A stretch of 63,923 nucleotides of DNA, the filler included, from Octopus bimaculoides (Eukaryota): assembly GCF_001194135.2 (NCBI RefSeq). It is 4 parts of 4 records of this genome, joined end to end, with 100 filler letters (N's around TTAATTAATTAA, not from the genome) between each part and the next. Parts side by side here need not be neighbours in the genome. Positions count along the whole stretch, not along the records: positions 1 to 25,967 come from NC_068994.1; 3 more parts are not named here. One strand, 5' to 3'. How positions within the stretch are numbered: the stretch's first letter is position 1; every line of letters starts with the position of its first letter. The notes below the pieces were generated by a model. It did not search any database. It had not been told where the DNA came from and saw only the letters and a program-made list of their open reading frames with translations. A program made the position numbers and the translations under genes. Below are positions 1 to 12,759 of this stretch, piece after piece.

Positions 1-429
1 GACAGGTGTGGTTTTGCTTTCTCACGGAAAGACCACTTACTAAAACATAAGAAAAATAATCAAGGAGAACGTAAACTGAGCTGTGTTCCTCCCAAGCAAT
101 TTGTTGATCTGAAGGAAGATATTATCACACCTGAGGGAAACTGTCAACAGTTAGCAGTTGTGATTTCAGCAGATCCATCTGGTATGATTGAAAGTGATGG
201 CACCAATATGGTCATAACCCATGCTACAATGGATCCCAATGATGAAACTAAAACAGTAACTATGTACCAAACTACATCGGCAGCTCCATCAAATGAAGCC
301 TCTCACCAAATATACCCTGTGATACCTGTTTTCCCTACTACCATTGAAATTTCTCCGACTACAGCTCAGATTTTCCCAAACATACAGATGTACCCAGCTA
401 CCACCCATTGTCTAATTAATAAAACCTAA
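1..429 (+). CDS. 3' end (partial) of a C2H2 zinc-finger protein gene
   Basis: Frame 1 is open from base 1 to TAA at 427-429: DRCGFAFSRKDHLLKHKKNNQGERKLSC... This is a (C)xxC-x3-F-x5-L-x2-H finger with a TGERP-like linker remnant (QGERKLSC), followed by a T/P/I-rich tail. The N-terminus lies outside the window. Confidence 0.75.
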   Translation, partial: DRCGFAFSRKDHLLKHKKNNQGERKLSCVPPKQFVDLKEDIITPEGNCQQLAVVISADPSGMIESDGTNMVITHATMDPNDETKTVTMYQTTSAAPSNEASHQIYPVIPVFPTTIEISPTTAQIFPNIQMYPATTHCLINKT

Positions 430-1228
430 CTCTTAGCTAAAGTCATTCTTAGTTTAACAACTCTTTATTTCTATAAATTGGCTCATGTAAATGATTATGG
501 TAGTTGCTTACATATTTTTTTAATATTTTCAGTTCTTCAGCCCTTTGTTTCTTTCATAGAAAAAAAATCCTTTAAATTTTGGTTATAAATTTATTTTATT
601 TGTGTCAGACAACACCCAGACTACAGAAATTGACATTATTAAAAACGGTTATCCTCATGGCTAAATCTACCACTGTAACATTTATAAACTATGTGTACAC
701 TATACATACACACACACACACACACATATATATATAATGCATATACATGTATACAAAATATTTTTGTTGTTCACGTATTAAGTTTCATAAATCGAATTAA
801 AAATTATATTGACCTAAAAGCCAATTATTTCAAAAGAAGATTCATGCAACACATATACTCTTTCAGGTGCATGGAGAGAGAAAACTACACTTGCATTTGC
901 ATTCACATGTACATACATACATACATACATACATACATGCATGCATACATTCGTACAAAAATACATACACATACTCATGCATGTTCACCGCCCCCCACAC
1001 ACACACTATAGAATACCACTTCATTCAATAGAGTTCACCTACACTTTGACACGTTTTATCTTGCATCCTGCAGAGTGATCCAAATTCACACTTCTTGCTA
1101 AAGCTCCTAAAGTATGGGGTTGCAAAATAAGTTGCCAATAGTTTAGTTGCAGGTTATACTGGTAGATCTTACAACCAAACCAAAGAAATGCCAGTAGCAG
1201 ACCTTTGGTTATAAAACCTTTGACATGA

Positions 1229-1790
1229 CCTCCTCCTCATCATCATTTAACATGTTTTCCATGCTGGCATGGGTTGGACAGTTTGATAGAAGCTGGAGAG
1301 CTGCCCAGGCTCCAAGTCTGTTTTGGCATGGTTTTTATGACTGGACACCTTTCCTAAAGCCAACCACTTTACAAAGCATACTAAGTGCTTTTACACAGCA
1401 CCAGCATAGTTATTTTTAACATGACACCAGCACTCACAAGCCTGCAAGATTAGGATCACTCAACTAAAGAGGTATGTGGAGAACATGCCTATATGCAAGG
1501 ACAACCACAATTTTATTTAGCTTGACGTCTTCTCAAGTACAGCAAACCACCAGAACTTTCAGTCCTTTGCCACCCACTCTGTGAATCCTAACGTCTGAAG
1601 ATTCTTTCTTACCACTTTGTCCCACATCTTCCTGGGTCTACCCCTTCCACATGTTCCCACCACAATTAGAGATCGGCACTTCTTGATGCAGCTATCCTCA
1701 TCTATATGCATTATATGACCATAGCAACACAGTCTTCTTTCTTGCATGCTACATCTGATGCCTTGTATAGGCAGTTTTTCTTTCAAATTA
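1229..1790 (-). mobile_element. RTE-clade LINE, 5'-truncated 3' fragment (ORF2 C-terminus, 3' UTR, (GAT)n tail)
   Basis: Minus ORF 1559-1786 reads ERRLCCYGHIMHIDEDSCIKKC...GRGRPRKMW, matching the RTE C-terminal RLRWxGH...RGRPR motif. It ends in the family tail (plus strand catcatcatttaacatgttttccatgctggcatgggttgg). Confidence 0.85.
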
Positions 1791-2736
1791 CCTACACTCT
1801 GATATTATCCATTCAGCAGAGCATACTACACATATATACATTGTCCTACGTTATGTCCAACAGAATGTATCACTTAGACATATGCAAAAAAGAATAAAAA
1901 CACATTTATGGTTTAGGTAATTTGCATAAATTAAGCAAAAATGATGCAAAACAAATGTAACTCTTGGCCAGTGGCATGAATTTGAAGAACAAAGGCAAGT
2001 AACATGCAAGATAATGTCTTGATTTCTTTTAATTATATCCATGTTCAGAGTTCTCTTAGTTCATTTTTATTTCATTTTTGCAAATTAGCCAGGTCATAGC
2101 TCTCTTCTCTTTTTTGTATATGTCTAAGAGCCTCATTCTGCTGGAAATAAGTAGAGATAAAAAAGAGCATTTGCCATATTGATGATCCCTATTGAGGTAG
2201 AAACATTTCCACAACTGTCTTCTTGATTTCAGATTTATTTCTTAATGGAATCGTCTCACCCATGCTAGCATGGAACACGGATGTTAAATGATGATGATAT
2301 CAATATTAGAAAATTCTGGTTTCTTGGGATTGAGATTATCTCCCTTTGTCATTTGGAGTTGGTCTAAGTTGTCACCAAATGATTGTTTTCCCTTCTCTGA
2401 AAGTAGGGATAATTTCAGTAAATCAAAAATTTAAACTTCTGAGTTATTTAATATACTCTTATTCATATTTGTTGTGTGTGTGTGCATGTTCACGTTCCTC
2501 AGTTTTGTTTGAGGAACACAGTGAACGACGTTTACCTTTTGACATTATAACCATCAAACTGAATGTTCAAAGATCTGTGGAATAAAAGAAGGCCCTCACT
2601 TGAAAAACAGGCAAGGCTTGACAAACAGGATGAGTATCTGGTTATAAAATAATCCTGCCTTAAATGTATTCCTGGCCAAAACCCATACTAGCATTAGAAG
2701 AAGGAACAAACACACACATATTACATATATGCATGT

Positions 2737-2826
2737 CATCATCATCATCATCATCGTTTAACGTCCGCCTTCCATGCTAGCATGGGTTGGACGATTTGAC
2801 TGAGGACTGGTGAAACCGGATGGCAA
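2737..2826 (-). mobile_element. Short 3'-terminal copy of the young RTE family
   Basis: catcatcatc...gtttaacgtccgccttccatgctagcatgggttggacgatttgactgaggactggtgaaaccgg is nearly identical to 25722-25830 and 39131-39225. Confidence 0.85.
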
Positions 2827-3751
2827 CACCAGGCTCCAATCTAATTTATGTTTATGTGTGTGTCTGTATGTGTAGTACTCTTTTACATACATATATGTAC
2901 ACATATGTACATATATACATCATCATTGACATTTTAAATTCACTTTCCATGGATTGAGTTGAACAGGTAATTTCTACGCTTTTAAATGTGTTGAGAGGCC
3001 ATTTCTTGTTTGTAAGTTTCATTTTTGCCCTGGTTTCTATAGTCGGATACCCTGTCTGATGCCAACCACTTTACAGAATGTACAAAGTGCATTTTTCTTA
3101 GCAGCAGCACTAGAGAGGTTATATGTTCAATAAAACTAAAGAGTCCCCACAAACACTTCACAGAGTAAGCATTTGTAAACTAAGAGCATTTTATTGTGGA
3201 ACTAGCACTAAAGAGAACAAGGGTGAGAAAGTGACCGACAGCAAGGGGTGGATAAATGGTGAGCATGCACTGAGTACATGCATATCTAATGAGATCTCTT
3301 AACTACATACCTCAAAATGGTGAGAAAGGTAGAGTTATAAGAATGAAAGAGGGGGAAGTGGAGTGCTGGAGAGCGAGCTAGATAGGTCTCGTGACATCCG
3401 TAGTTACACTGGAAGTAATGGACAGTGCACCAAAAAGATCCACTTATTAATGATGTTGGTAGCAAAGTACAACGAATGTGAGAAGAGCAGTAAGTAATAA
3501 CAATAGAAACGAGAGATGAGGGCCAGGATAACAGCAGCATGCACAACAGAAGGTGAATGATAAGAGAAGTGTGATATGAAGAGCAAATGATAGGAATGTT
3601 AGAAAGATGTACATGTATATACACATGTACTTATATATATATATATATGTATATATATATTATATTACTACAACCACTAACTCTATATATGTATGTATAT
3701 ATTACAACTGTTAACTCTCTCTCTCTATATATATATATATACACACACGCC

Positions 3752-3950
3752 CACACCCTCAAGTAAGCACATAAATGCTAATCAAAGTGGTAAAAAATAG
3801 TACTCAAATATCAAAGGCAGAGTAATATGCTTTTATTAAAGCCAAAACAATCTTCACAAATTGTTACTCAGAGTTTCACATTACCATTTGTTGGACAGTT
3901 GTGGTCATACTCTATGACCACAGCTGTCTGATGAACTTTGTGATAGAGTT
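3752..3950 (-). mobile_element. Penelope-like pseudo-LTR remnant with a degenerate type I hammerhead ribozyme and an inverted partial copy
   Basis: Minus 3900-3859 reads AACTGT-CCAACAA-ATGGTAATGT-GAAA-CTCTGAG-TA-ACAATT, which has hammerhead topology. A 16-bp inverted repeat spans 3894-3928, followed by CTGATGA on plus (3928-3934). Confidence 0.55.
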
Positions 3951-3988
3951 TGTAAAACTTTTTTGGGTTTAAGAAGAGTGTATATGTA

Positions 3989-4756
3989 TAGGGTGCGGTG
4001 AACAAACTGTCATCTAAATAACGCAAAAATGAAAATAACATTGACATCTCATTTTAACAGATATATTTACCAAAATTATATTAAAATATCTTGAAATACT
4101 AAAGAGTAAATTTATTCAATAGAATTGCCATTGGCTTTAACCACGACCCCCAGACAACTTTGGAATCTCCTGCAACTCTTCTGGATGGTCTCCTTGTTTA
4201 AATTGGTGAATACAGCCATAATCCTTACCTTCAGTTCATCTTTGGCGTTACAAAGAGTTTTGTTGGTCTCTTGCTCAACTGTGCCCCACACATAATAATC
4301 AAGGGGGGTTGCAGTCTGGGGAGTTAGGTGACCAGATGTTAGGAGTGATATGGTCACAAAAATTGTCTGACAGCCATGACTGGGTTCTCCTGTTTGTGTG
4401 GCTTTGTGCAGAGTCCTGTTACTAGACATATTGTCTTTCAGCAGCTACCCTCTTGACCCAGGGCAGCACTATCTCCTCCTGGCACTTGATGTAGACCTCC
4501 ATGTTGAGTCTGCGGCAATGTGAGAAGATAAATAGAGGCATAACATCACCATCACATGAAGTTGGCTGGATGTTTGATTTTTGTCACTCTTGGTACCTAT
4601 CCTCAGATTGACCCCCAAAAACCCTGAAATGTTCATATTGGAGCTTCTGACGTGAATGCGAAGCAGTACAGCATGTTGTTTCCAAATTTCTTAAAAAAAC
4701 GATTATTTTCTTGTCTACGTTTTGTTTGCAATGTACTGAACCTAGATATGCACCTA
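3989..4756 (-). mobile_element. Internally deleted Tc1/mariner element, DD37D (maT-like)
   Basis: Manual translation across two stops and one frameshift gives QDSAQSH...WSPNSPDCNPLDYYVWG, with 37 residues between the 2nd and 3rd catalytic Asp. The C-terminus is ...GVVVKANGNSIE*, and an N-terminal piece EIWKQHAVLL...LGVNLR is at 4600-4700. Ends are TA-flanked and gggtgc-like. Confidence 0.8.
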
Positions 4757-4823
4757 TATATATACAGGTAGACGTAGGTATGCACATACCTGTACGTATA
4801 TATGCATATACTCATTTATTATT

Positions 4824-4872
<49 letters not shown>

Positions 4873-4874
4873 CA

Positions 4875-5195
4875 CAGGGTGTCCCAAAAGTAACTGATGG
4901 GTTTCAATTTTTAATAACTTCCTTGACTTTACATATAAATGCATGATATTTTGATACAATATAAAGGACATAATGGAAATTAATATGCACAAGTCAAATT
5001 TTACAACCACCACTACATCACATATAAAAAATGACAGCCATTTTCGGTTTCGCATGCCCTTGCTCAAGAGTTTCAGACCCCACTTCTCTGATTTCTCTAT
5101 TGATGTTCTCCTTCAGTTGCACGAGGGTCTCTGGTTTGTTGACATAAACCCTCTTTCAGGTATCCCAAGAAAAAATCCAGGCTAGTCAAGTCTCC
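4875..5195 (-). mobile_element. Tc1/mariner 3' fragment, rosa/DD41D-like
   Basis: Frameshifted translation DLTSLDFFLGYLKE-VYVNKPETLVQLKENINREI resembles the SPDLTPLDFFLWGYLK motif. The terminus cagggtgtccc is at 4875. Confidence 0.7.
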
Positions 5196-5199
5196 TCAA

Positions 5200-5830
5200 A
5201 TGTGTTTAAGGAATGGCCTGAGGAGGATGTCTAAGTTATTCAAACAATGAATTTCACACACTGGACCATTTATTATTGGTCTTAATTTCAAGTCATTTGG
5301 CTAGGGGACATTGATGTATGTTTGGTTCCTTATTTCTTCACTTTTGTGAAAATTTGATATGCTGTAGGAGAGGCTAGATTTACATTTAATATCTGTAATA
5401 TAGCCATATTGTCAGTGAGTCCCTTTCAGTATAAGTTTTTTAATATTCTAAAGTTTGTTATGATCACTTGTTGATTGTGGTTTGGGGCCTTTTCATAGAG
5501 TTTGTCTTCTAATATTGCTAAAAGATTTTTGTAGAATTCTGATTCAATCAAGACTACTATTTTTTCTATATTGGCCTCTTTAATTGTTCTTCATCCCTTT
5601 TTTAATTTGTTTATGTTACTCTTGCTAAAGTTTGATTTAGGTATTTGTTTGCATGTGTATTCACATGGGTAATCTAAAATGTATTTACTAAAATCATCAA
5701 TGTTTTGTTTCTATCTTTTGGTGAAGTATGGTTGCAGTTGTTTCTTACCTTTGGTTTGTCTTCATTATTCTTATCATATAGGCTCTTCTGTGAATCATTA
5801 TTTTCTGCAGAATTCTGAAATATTATCTTT
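5200..5830 (-). mobile_element. Penelope-like element reverse transcriptase fragment
   Basis: Minus translation FHKSEEI...PNDLKLRPIINGPVCEIHCLNNLDILLRPFLKHI matches the PLE PKIHK...LRPI motif. It contains several stops. Confidence 0.7.
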
Positions 5831-5917
5831 CATTTTATCATAGTTGTATCTTTGAGAGTTTGGTGTAAATTTGACTCCTTTAGAGAGTACGGTAATTTGC
5901 TGCACTTTTTAAAATTT

Positions 5918-6298
5918 TTTATCCTTTGCTTGTTTCAGTCATTAAACTGGCCATGTTGGGGGTACTGCTTTGAAGAACTTTTAGCCAAATGACTCAACAC
6001 TAGGACTTATATTTTGTTAGGCATGGTACTTAGTCTCTCATGCTGCACCACTAAGTTACAGGGATGTAAACACACCAACACCAATTGTCAAGCAGTACTG
6101 AGTGATAACCACAGACACAAAGACACACATATATACATGACAAGCTTCTTTCAGTTTCCATCTACCAAATCCATTCACAAGGCTTTGGTCGGCCCAAGGC
6201 TATAATAGAAGACACTTGCCCAAGGTGCCATACAGTTGAACTGAACCTGGAACCATATAATTGGGAAGGAAGCTTCTTATCACACAGCCATGCCTGCA
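5918..6298 (-). mobile_element. tRNA-derived SINE, family A (CORE-like centre), full length, CpG-decayed
   Basis: A-box-like TGGCTGTGTGAT and B-box-like GGTTCAGTTC, with a ccttgggcaagtgtcttct core. Collinear with 53382-53781. Confidence 0.8.
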
Positions 6299-6499
6299 CT
6301 TACTGTTAACGTTTTCTTTGGCAAATTTATAATTTTTATTACTTTTGACTTCTGTTTGTTTGGTACTCTGGAGTATCTCAGATCCTGTGAACAGGGTCTA
6401 AAAAAGCACAATTATTATAGTTCTGTTGGTTTGAGTTATTACTATATCTCCTATTGATGTGGTTACAGTATGTATATGTTGTTTGTGAATATGTATGCT

Positions 6500-6660
6500 T
6501 GTATCCCCTTGTCTTCTTGATATTGCATGTTTGTTGTAAATAAATACTGTTCATTTTCAATATTCTATGAAAACATGTCTGGTCATGAAGAGATATCACC
6601 TCGCTTGGAAACAGGTAAGACTTAGTGACAGAAAGGGAACACGATTTAACATTTAATGAA
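6500..6660 (+). repeat. Interspersed repeat family E fragment
   Basis: The aaaacatgtctggtcatg...cctcgcttggaaacaggt segment recurs at about 12760 and about 19530, where the copies end in the RTE-type (GAT)n tail. Confidence 0.55.
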
Positions 6661-6905
6661 TCATCAGATAAACTCAAAGATCCAAACAATGGAAACATCT
6701 TACATCCAACAGAGCTGCAAAGAAGATGAGATCTTATTCTCAAAGATCTAACTGCAGATTTCATGAAAAAGCTTATATTACTGTAAAATATGTTATCCTT
6801 TATTTCTCTCTCAACTACAACCTTCTCTCTCCTGCAAGATCATGTACAACAGTTAGAAGAATACCAGAGAATCTACATATCTCTTGGATAACAGAATCAG
6901 TTTAA

Positions 6906-7114
6906 CCCTTTAGCATTTAAACCAGCCATATCCAGTCCAAATATGTTCAAACTGGCCAGATCCAGCCTTTCACCCCTATCCTGCACCATCATTCTAAAAA
7001 TAAACAATCACATCATTAAAATTCCAAAGGCATGAGATAATGCATGATTAAGTCAAAACAATGTGAATAAATAAGCATTACATTTGATAGCAGAGTAATC
7101 TGAATTCTAAAGAG
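6906..7114. mobile_element. piggyBac-like MITE
   Basis: TTAA (6902-6905) then CCCTTTAGCATT at the left end; GAATTCTAAAGAG then TTAA (7115-7118) at the right end. This gives an imperfect TIR with a TTAA TSD. Related copies lie at about 30502-30680 and 47013-47238. Confidence 0.7.
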
Positions 7115-8544
7115 TTAATCCAATGAAGCAACATATTTTGGAAACAAGGTCTCTTCAAAATATTTCACCATTATTATAGATGTAATTAAAGACACCACTC
7201 ATATTGTGAAGAGAGCTTTTTTGAGAAGGTATGAAGCAGAAAAAGTTCACAGATTGCAACAACATACATGAGAGAAAAGATTATTCAGTTAATCATGGAC
7301 ACCTAGGAAGAGAAGTTTGTTTCAGAGTCATGAGGTCCCAGATTCAATTCCAATGAGTTGCATGTTTAGACAATAGATCTGGGTCAACCCAAGCTGTGTG
7401 AGTGAAAGTGAATAGATGGAAAAGGTGTGAAAGCCCATCAGGATTATTGGATCTGTAATTCAAAGGCTTTTTTGACATATAAAGGCACACTGATTTGGAC
7501 TTAAAATTACATTAGTCACAATTAGTTAATTACAGGTTAATTCAATAGTTCTACTTCAGCTAATCAAACAACTGAATGCTCACCACCAAAGTTAACAGAA
7601 AATGTATCATATTTAGTTGCTATGGAAATTTCTTATACTGACTGATTAAAAAACGTTTCATAATTGTTTCAGGCAACTCTTGGCATGCTGTTTTATTACA
7701 TATGTGTATGCCACCCCCACTCCCACTCAGTTTTTTTAAAAATGACATACAGTTTCTAATGACAACAATTAGTTCCTTTGATGAATTTGAGGTATTTTTT
7801 CCATGGTATTGAAAATGTTAAGAGAAGATATTCCAGATTTATTACACATCATGCAGTAAATATCAATGAGTTTTCTGGAACCAGACAAAATATAGAAACA
7901 GATTTTAAAAAATCTACTTTTCCATGCAGCATGTCTAGTGCTACAAACACATTGTTGGCTAGGAAATATGAAAAAGTAATTTTGTAGACATTATTCAAAA
8001 CAGGATAAGCAATATGTTCATGTTGCTTGAAACACAAATTGTAACATTTATCAAGTAAAAGTATGATTAAACTGTTTTCAATAAAACTATATTAATTTTT
8101 CCTTCTACATTTAGTTTTCTTATACCTTCATAAAGGGTTGTTTTTTTAAGCAAAATATCAGAGCTATTAAATATTTGTTAAGTAACACCTGAATACCTTT
8201 GTTGTCCTTCTTGATAATCTTTTCTAACACATTCACAAGTGAACAAAATATTGTAGTATCATAAACAGCATTTATTTGGTATCTCTTGCTGAAATTTATG
8301 TAGAAATTTTGATAAAATCTAAAGTGTTCATAGCAAACAACTCTAAAATATTCTTTGGCAAAAGGAGGGTTGGCAACACGGTGCAAGATATGAATATGTC
8401 TTAAGGACTTTGAAAAGAGAGGGTAAAAAAATTTTAATTCATATAAAAAAAGTGAAAATGAAACTAAAATGTGATAATTGTAGCAGAAACTTTAAAACTA
8501 ACAGATAAAGAGACATTCTTGATAGCTTTTTTTTTTTTTCACTC

Positions 8545-8620
8545 TAGGCACAAGGCCTGAAATTTTGGGGGAGGGGACCAGTTGATTACATCAACCCCAG
8601 TACACAACTGGTACTTAATA
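8545..8620 (-). mobile_element. SINE family B, 3' fragment
   Basis: ggcacaaggcctgaaattttgggggagggg...aactggtacttaat matches 48262-48330 and 37630-37700. Confidence 0.65.
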
Positions 8621-8683
8621 TTGAAGTATTATTGTTTTACTATTTTACAATTTATCTTAATTTTAATAAGGTACAAGACTCAA

Positions 8684-8982
8684 GAAAGCACATGGCTTAG
8701 TGGTTAGAGCATTGAGCTTACAATTGTGAGGTTCTGAGTTCGATTCCTGGACCAGGTTGTGTGTTGTGCTCTTGAGCAAGCCACTTTATTTCACATTGCT
8801 TCAGTTCACTCAGCTGTAGAAATGAGTTACGATATCACTGGTGCCAGGTTGTATTGACATTCAGTGGCATGGAGAGGGGAGACTGGTATACATGGGCAAC
8901 TGCTGGTCTTTCACCTCAGAGGGAAACTTTCTAGGTGCAATCCCATGATCATTCATGATTGAAAGGGGTCTTTACCCTTTAC
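8684..8982 (+). mobile_element. tRNA-derived SINE, family C
   Basis: A-box TGGCTTAGTGG and B-box GAGTTCGATTCC, a CORE-like cttgagcaagccacttt...cagctgtagaaatgagt segment and a (TTTACCC)-type tail. Confidence 0.75.
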
Positions 8983-9848
8983 AAGACTCAAATATTATTA
9001 GAGCCAAAATTTATCCTTTTCTTGAATCAGCTTCACTGATATTTTCTTCAGATTTGGTTACTATTTAGTTCTAATAATAGTTAAATAATGTTAAAGGTGT
9101 CTTAAATCTTGTAAGTACAAAGAAGTTGATTTAGCAATTATGAAAAAAACTGTTTAAGTTTTGTCATTGCTTGGATGTGCAGGCAGTGATCTTAGAAAAT
9201 AATTGTATATGATGATACTTCAGTAAAAACACTTCCATCATATTTCTGAGTTAAAGCTCTAAATTATAATAAAGAATGTTTGCTTTTAATATTTTATTAG
9301 AAATATTAAGAAACTCACCCAAGAAAATACATGTAACAGCAATTTGGAGATCATTTCATATTAAAGTTATGAATTATTATTGGTGACAATATAACATTTA
9401 AGGCAATAACTCTTACCTAAAGTGTAATGTATATTCATCAGAACTTTCCCATAAGAAATAATGCAATAAAACTAAGATATCTATCTATAATGTATTTTTA
9501 TTGTTACAGAAAATAAGTTATAACAAGTCATATTAAAATAATACTTGACTATTTATTTTGTGACATGAGATACATATGGTTTATTTGTATCAAATAGTTT
9601 ATTCAATAAAAATTTGTAATAAATTTCTACTCTTCATGTTTTCTTCTGCAAAATAATTATGTATGCATACCAAGGCCATTTAGAAGTATATTCCAGTGTA
9701 CTGAAATTCTATTTAAAGCAATGAATAACATGCAAACTATACATGTATAAGTATACATACATATATATACACATACACAGAGAGAGAGAAATGCATTTAT
9801 ATAACTATATGCATACTCATATATATGCCTTTATATAAATATATTCAT

Positions 9849-9919
<71 letters not shown>

Positions 9920-10225
9920 NNNNNNNNNNNNNNNNNNNNNNNNNNNNNNNNNNNNNNNNNNNNNNNNNNNNNNNNNNNNNNNNNNNNNNNNNNNNNNNNN
10001 NNNNNNNNNNNNNNNNNNNNNNNNATATATGTGCATTTTCAATTGAATCTCCCACAAGTCAACATGGGATCCCTTGATGACAATGTTAACTTCTTTTGAT
10101 TAAGGTATCTTTGGCCTGATGAGTAGCCAGCGGATTACCCCTCGTTTCAATAATTACTACTTTTGAGGTTCTGCTAGCTATGAAACATATGTAGCATGGA
10201 TTTTATCTGCTCCATTCCCGAATAG

Positions 10226-10256
<31 letters not shown>

Positions 10257-11454
10257 CATACATACAAACATACATACATACATACATACATACATACATA
10301 CATACACACACAAATTCATAAGTAACTATTACAGGTCTAGTTCTCTTGCAATCATGAAGATTTATCATAGAGTAAAGCTGTGATGATTTCACTTATATAT
10401 ATTGTATTCGAGTGGGTTTGGACAAGGCCAGTTGATGGTTATTTGTGAGTGTGGACAATTGGTTGGTGAAAGTAATATTACATAGAGTCATAAAGCTAGA
10501 TTAATTCCCAGCTAAGAATGAAATAAAAAAGATAGAGGCAGTGGAGGGGTGAAGCCACAAAGGAGTGGAACCACTGCAATTGGTGGGATGTGGCAAACCT
10601 AATTAAAATGTAAATAAAATAAATATATAAAGTAAATAGATAAATGATTATGTAAATAAATATATGATTATTTGAGTAAATAAAGGCATAACAGGTACTT
10701 GAAGATGCCATTTGGTCAGTATGTGATGGGTAAAGGGCATACATATAAACTCATATCTTTATATAAACATATATGTATTTACATAAACATACACACACAC
10801 ATAGGTGTCTATATAAATATAAACATATGCACCTTCTCAACTTACAACCTAAGTGATTTACAACCACAAAACTGAAAAAATAAAAAATAAATAATCGATT
10901 TTCGGACATTGGGTAACTGTGAGTATGATAATTATGGCAGCATATGACAACACAAGCCTCCCTCAGAACCAGGTATCAACTGTCTGCCAATGTCTCTTGC
11001 TCAGTCACTTTCAAGCATCCATCAGTTGCGTTTGAATGAAAATAGTGTTGAAATATAAACCCAACATATGATCAGATCAACTTATAACCTGTCAGTTATA
11101 AAGGAACTCAGTCATAAGTCAAGGAGAAGGTGTACATACATTTTTTAATGTATGTATGTGTTATATGTGTTTGCATGTGTATGTATGTACATAAAATCAC
11201 ACAGACACACATTTATGTATTATACCTACAGAAATATGGAAAGAACTTTCCATTAACAGAGCTTGTTGCTCATGGGATGCAGGTTGGGATTAGAATGTCC
11301 TTTGATGGTTCAATTATGTGAGGTCATATGTTGAAAGACCTGAAGAGCATAACTGGAGATCCAGTGCAGAAAATCCAAGACATATTTCATTATATTATTA
11401 ACTATATAAATACTCAAATACACTCATACATGTACACACACACAAATATACATA

Positions 11455-11504
<50 letters not shown>

Positions 11505-12187
11505 ATATATATATATACATATATAAATACACATACACATGCATGTATACAATTAGATATACATATGTAAACACACAAACACATTTATATATATATAATT
11601 TATACACACATGCATATACANNNNNNNNNNNNNNNNNNNNNNNNNNNNNNNNNNNNNNNNNNNNNNNNNNNNNNNNNNNNNNNNNNNNNNNNNNNNNNNN
11701 NNNNNNNNNNNNNNNNNNNNNNNNNNNNNNNNNNNNNNNNNNNNNNNNNNNNNNNNNNNNNNNNNNNNNNNNNNNNNNNNNNNNNNNNNNNNNNNNNNNN
11801 NNNNNNNNNNNNNNNNNNNNNNNNNNNNNNNNNNNNNNNNNNNNNNNNNNNNNNNNNNNNNNNNNNNNNNNNNNNNNNNNNNNNNNNNNNNNNNNNNNNN
11901 NNNNNNNNNNNNNNNNNNNNNNNNNNNNNNNNNNNNNNNNNNNNNNNNNNNNNNNNNNNNNNNNNNNNNNNNNNNNNNNNNNNNNNNNNNNNNNNNNNNN
12001 NNNNNNNNNNNNNNNNNNNNNNNNNNNNNNNNNNNNNNNNNNNNNNNNNNNNNNNNNNNNNNNNNNNNNNNNNNNNNNNNNNNNNNNNNNNNNNNNNNNN
12101 NNNNNNNNNNNNNNNNNNNNNNNNNNNNNNNNNNNNNNNNNNNNNNNNNNNNNNNNNNNNNNNNNNNNNNNNNNNNNNNNNNNNNNN

Positions 12188-12237
<50 letters not shown>

Positions 12238-12469
12238 CATGTGTATGTCAGTGTCTGTGTTTACATTTAGCTGTGAAAATCACTGAAGTGTAGGCAGTGT
12301 TGACGTCACACTCCTTGTGAAGAAATTGTTTACTCGCTTGTGCCTTTGAAGACATACACAAGCGTGCACACACATACAAACAATAATACATATATCCATA
12401 TATAAAGACATATATGTACATACATGTAACACACACAAGCATAGCCATGCAATTTAAGAAGTTTGCTTC

Positions 12470-12600
12470 TTAAATAACATGGTTTTGTATTCATCCCCAC
12501 TGCAAGGCAACTTGCAAATGTGTCTTCTGCTACAGCCCTGGACCAACCAAAGATCCATGAGTGGATTTTGTAGAGAGAAAACAGGAAGAAGTTTGCCATA
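12470..12600 (+). mobile_element. SINE family A, degenerate 5' half
   Basis: tgtgtcttctgctacagccctgggaccaaccaaagatccatgagtggattttgtag aligns with the family A core. Confidence 0.55.
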
Positions 12601-12759
12601 TATACATACATAAATATATGAATATATATATGTGAGTGTGTTTATGATGTACATATGTATATGTGTGCATGTTTGAATCTACATAGCTTGACATTGTGTG
12701 ATAGTTGTGAATGAGTGACATTGATTTAAAAAAAGTAACATTCAGTTCCAATATTCTGC

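Noticed and set aside
3290-3600. Possible CR1/L2-type LINE 3' remnants (also 21550-22170, 35440-35600, 48780-49250 with FTTFVRPILE)
   Set aside because: Only one weak motif each, too degraded to call by eye.
10110-10160. CTGATGAG followed by a hairpin as a second hammerhead (also CTGATGAAG at 38889)
   Set aside because: No correctly placed GAAA, stem III or cleavage triplet follows on the same strand.
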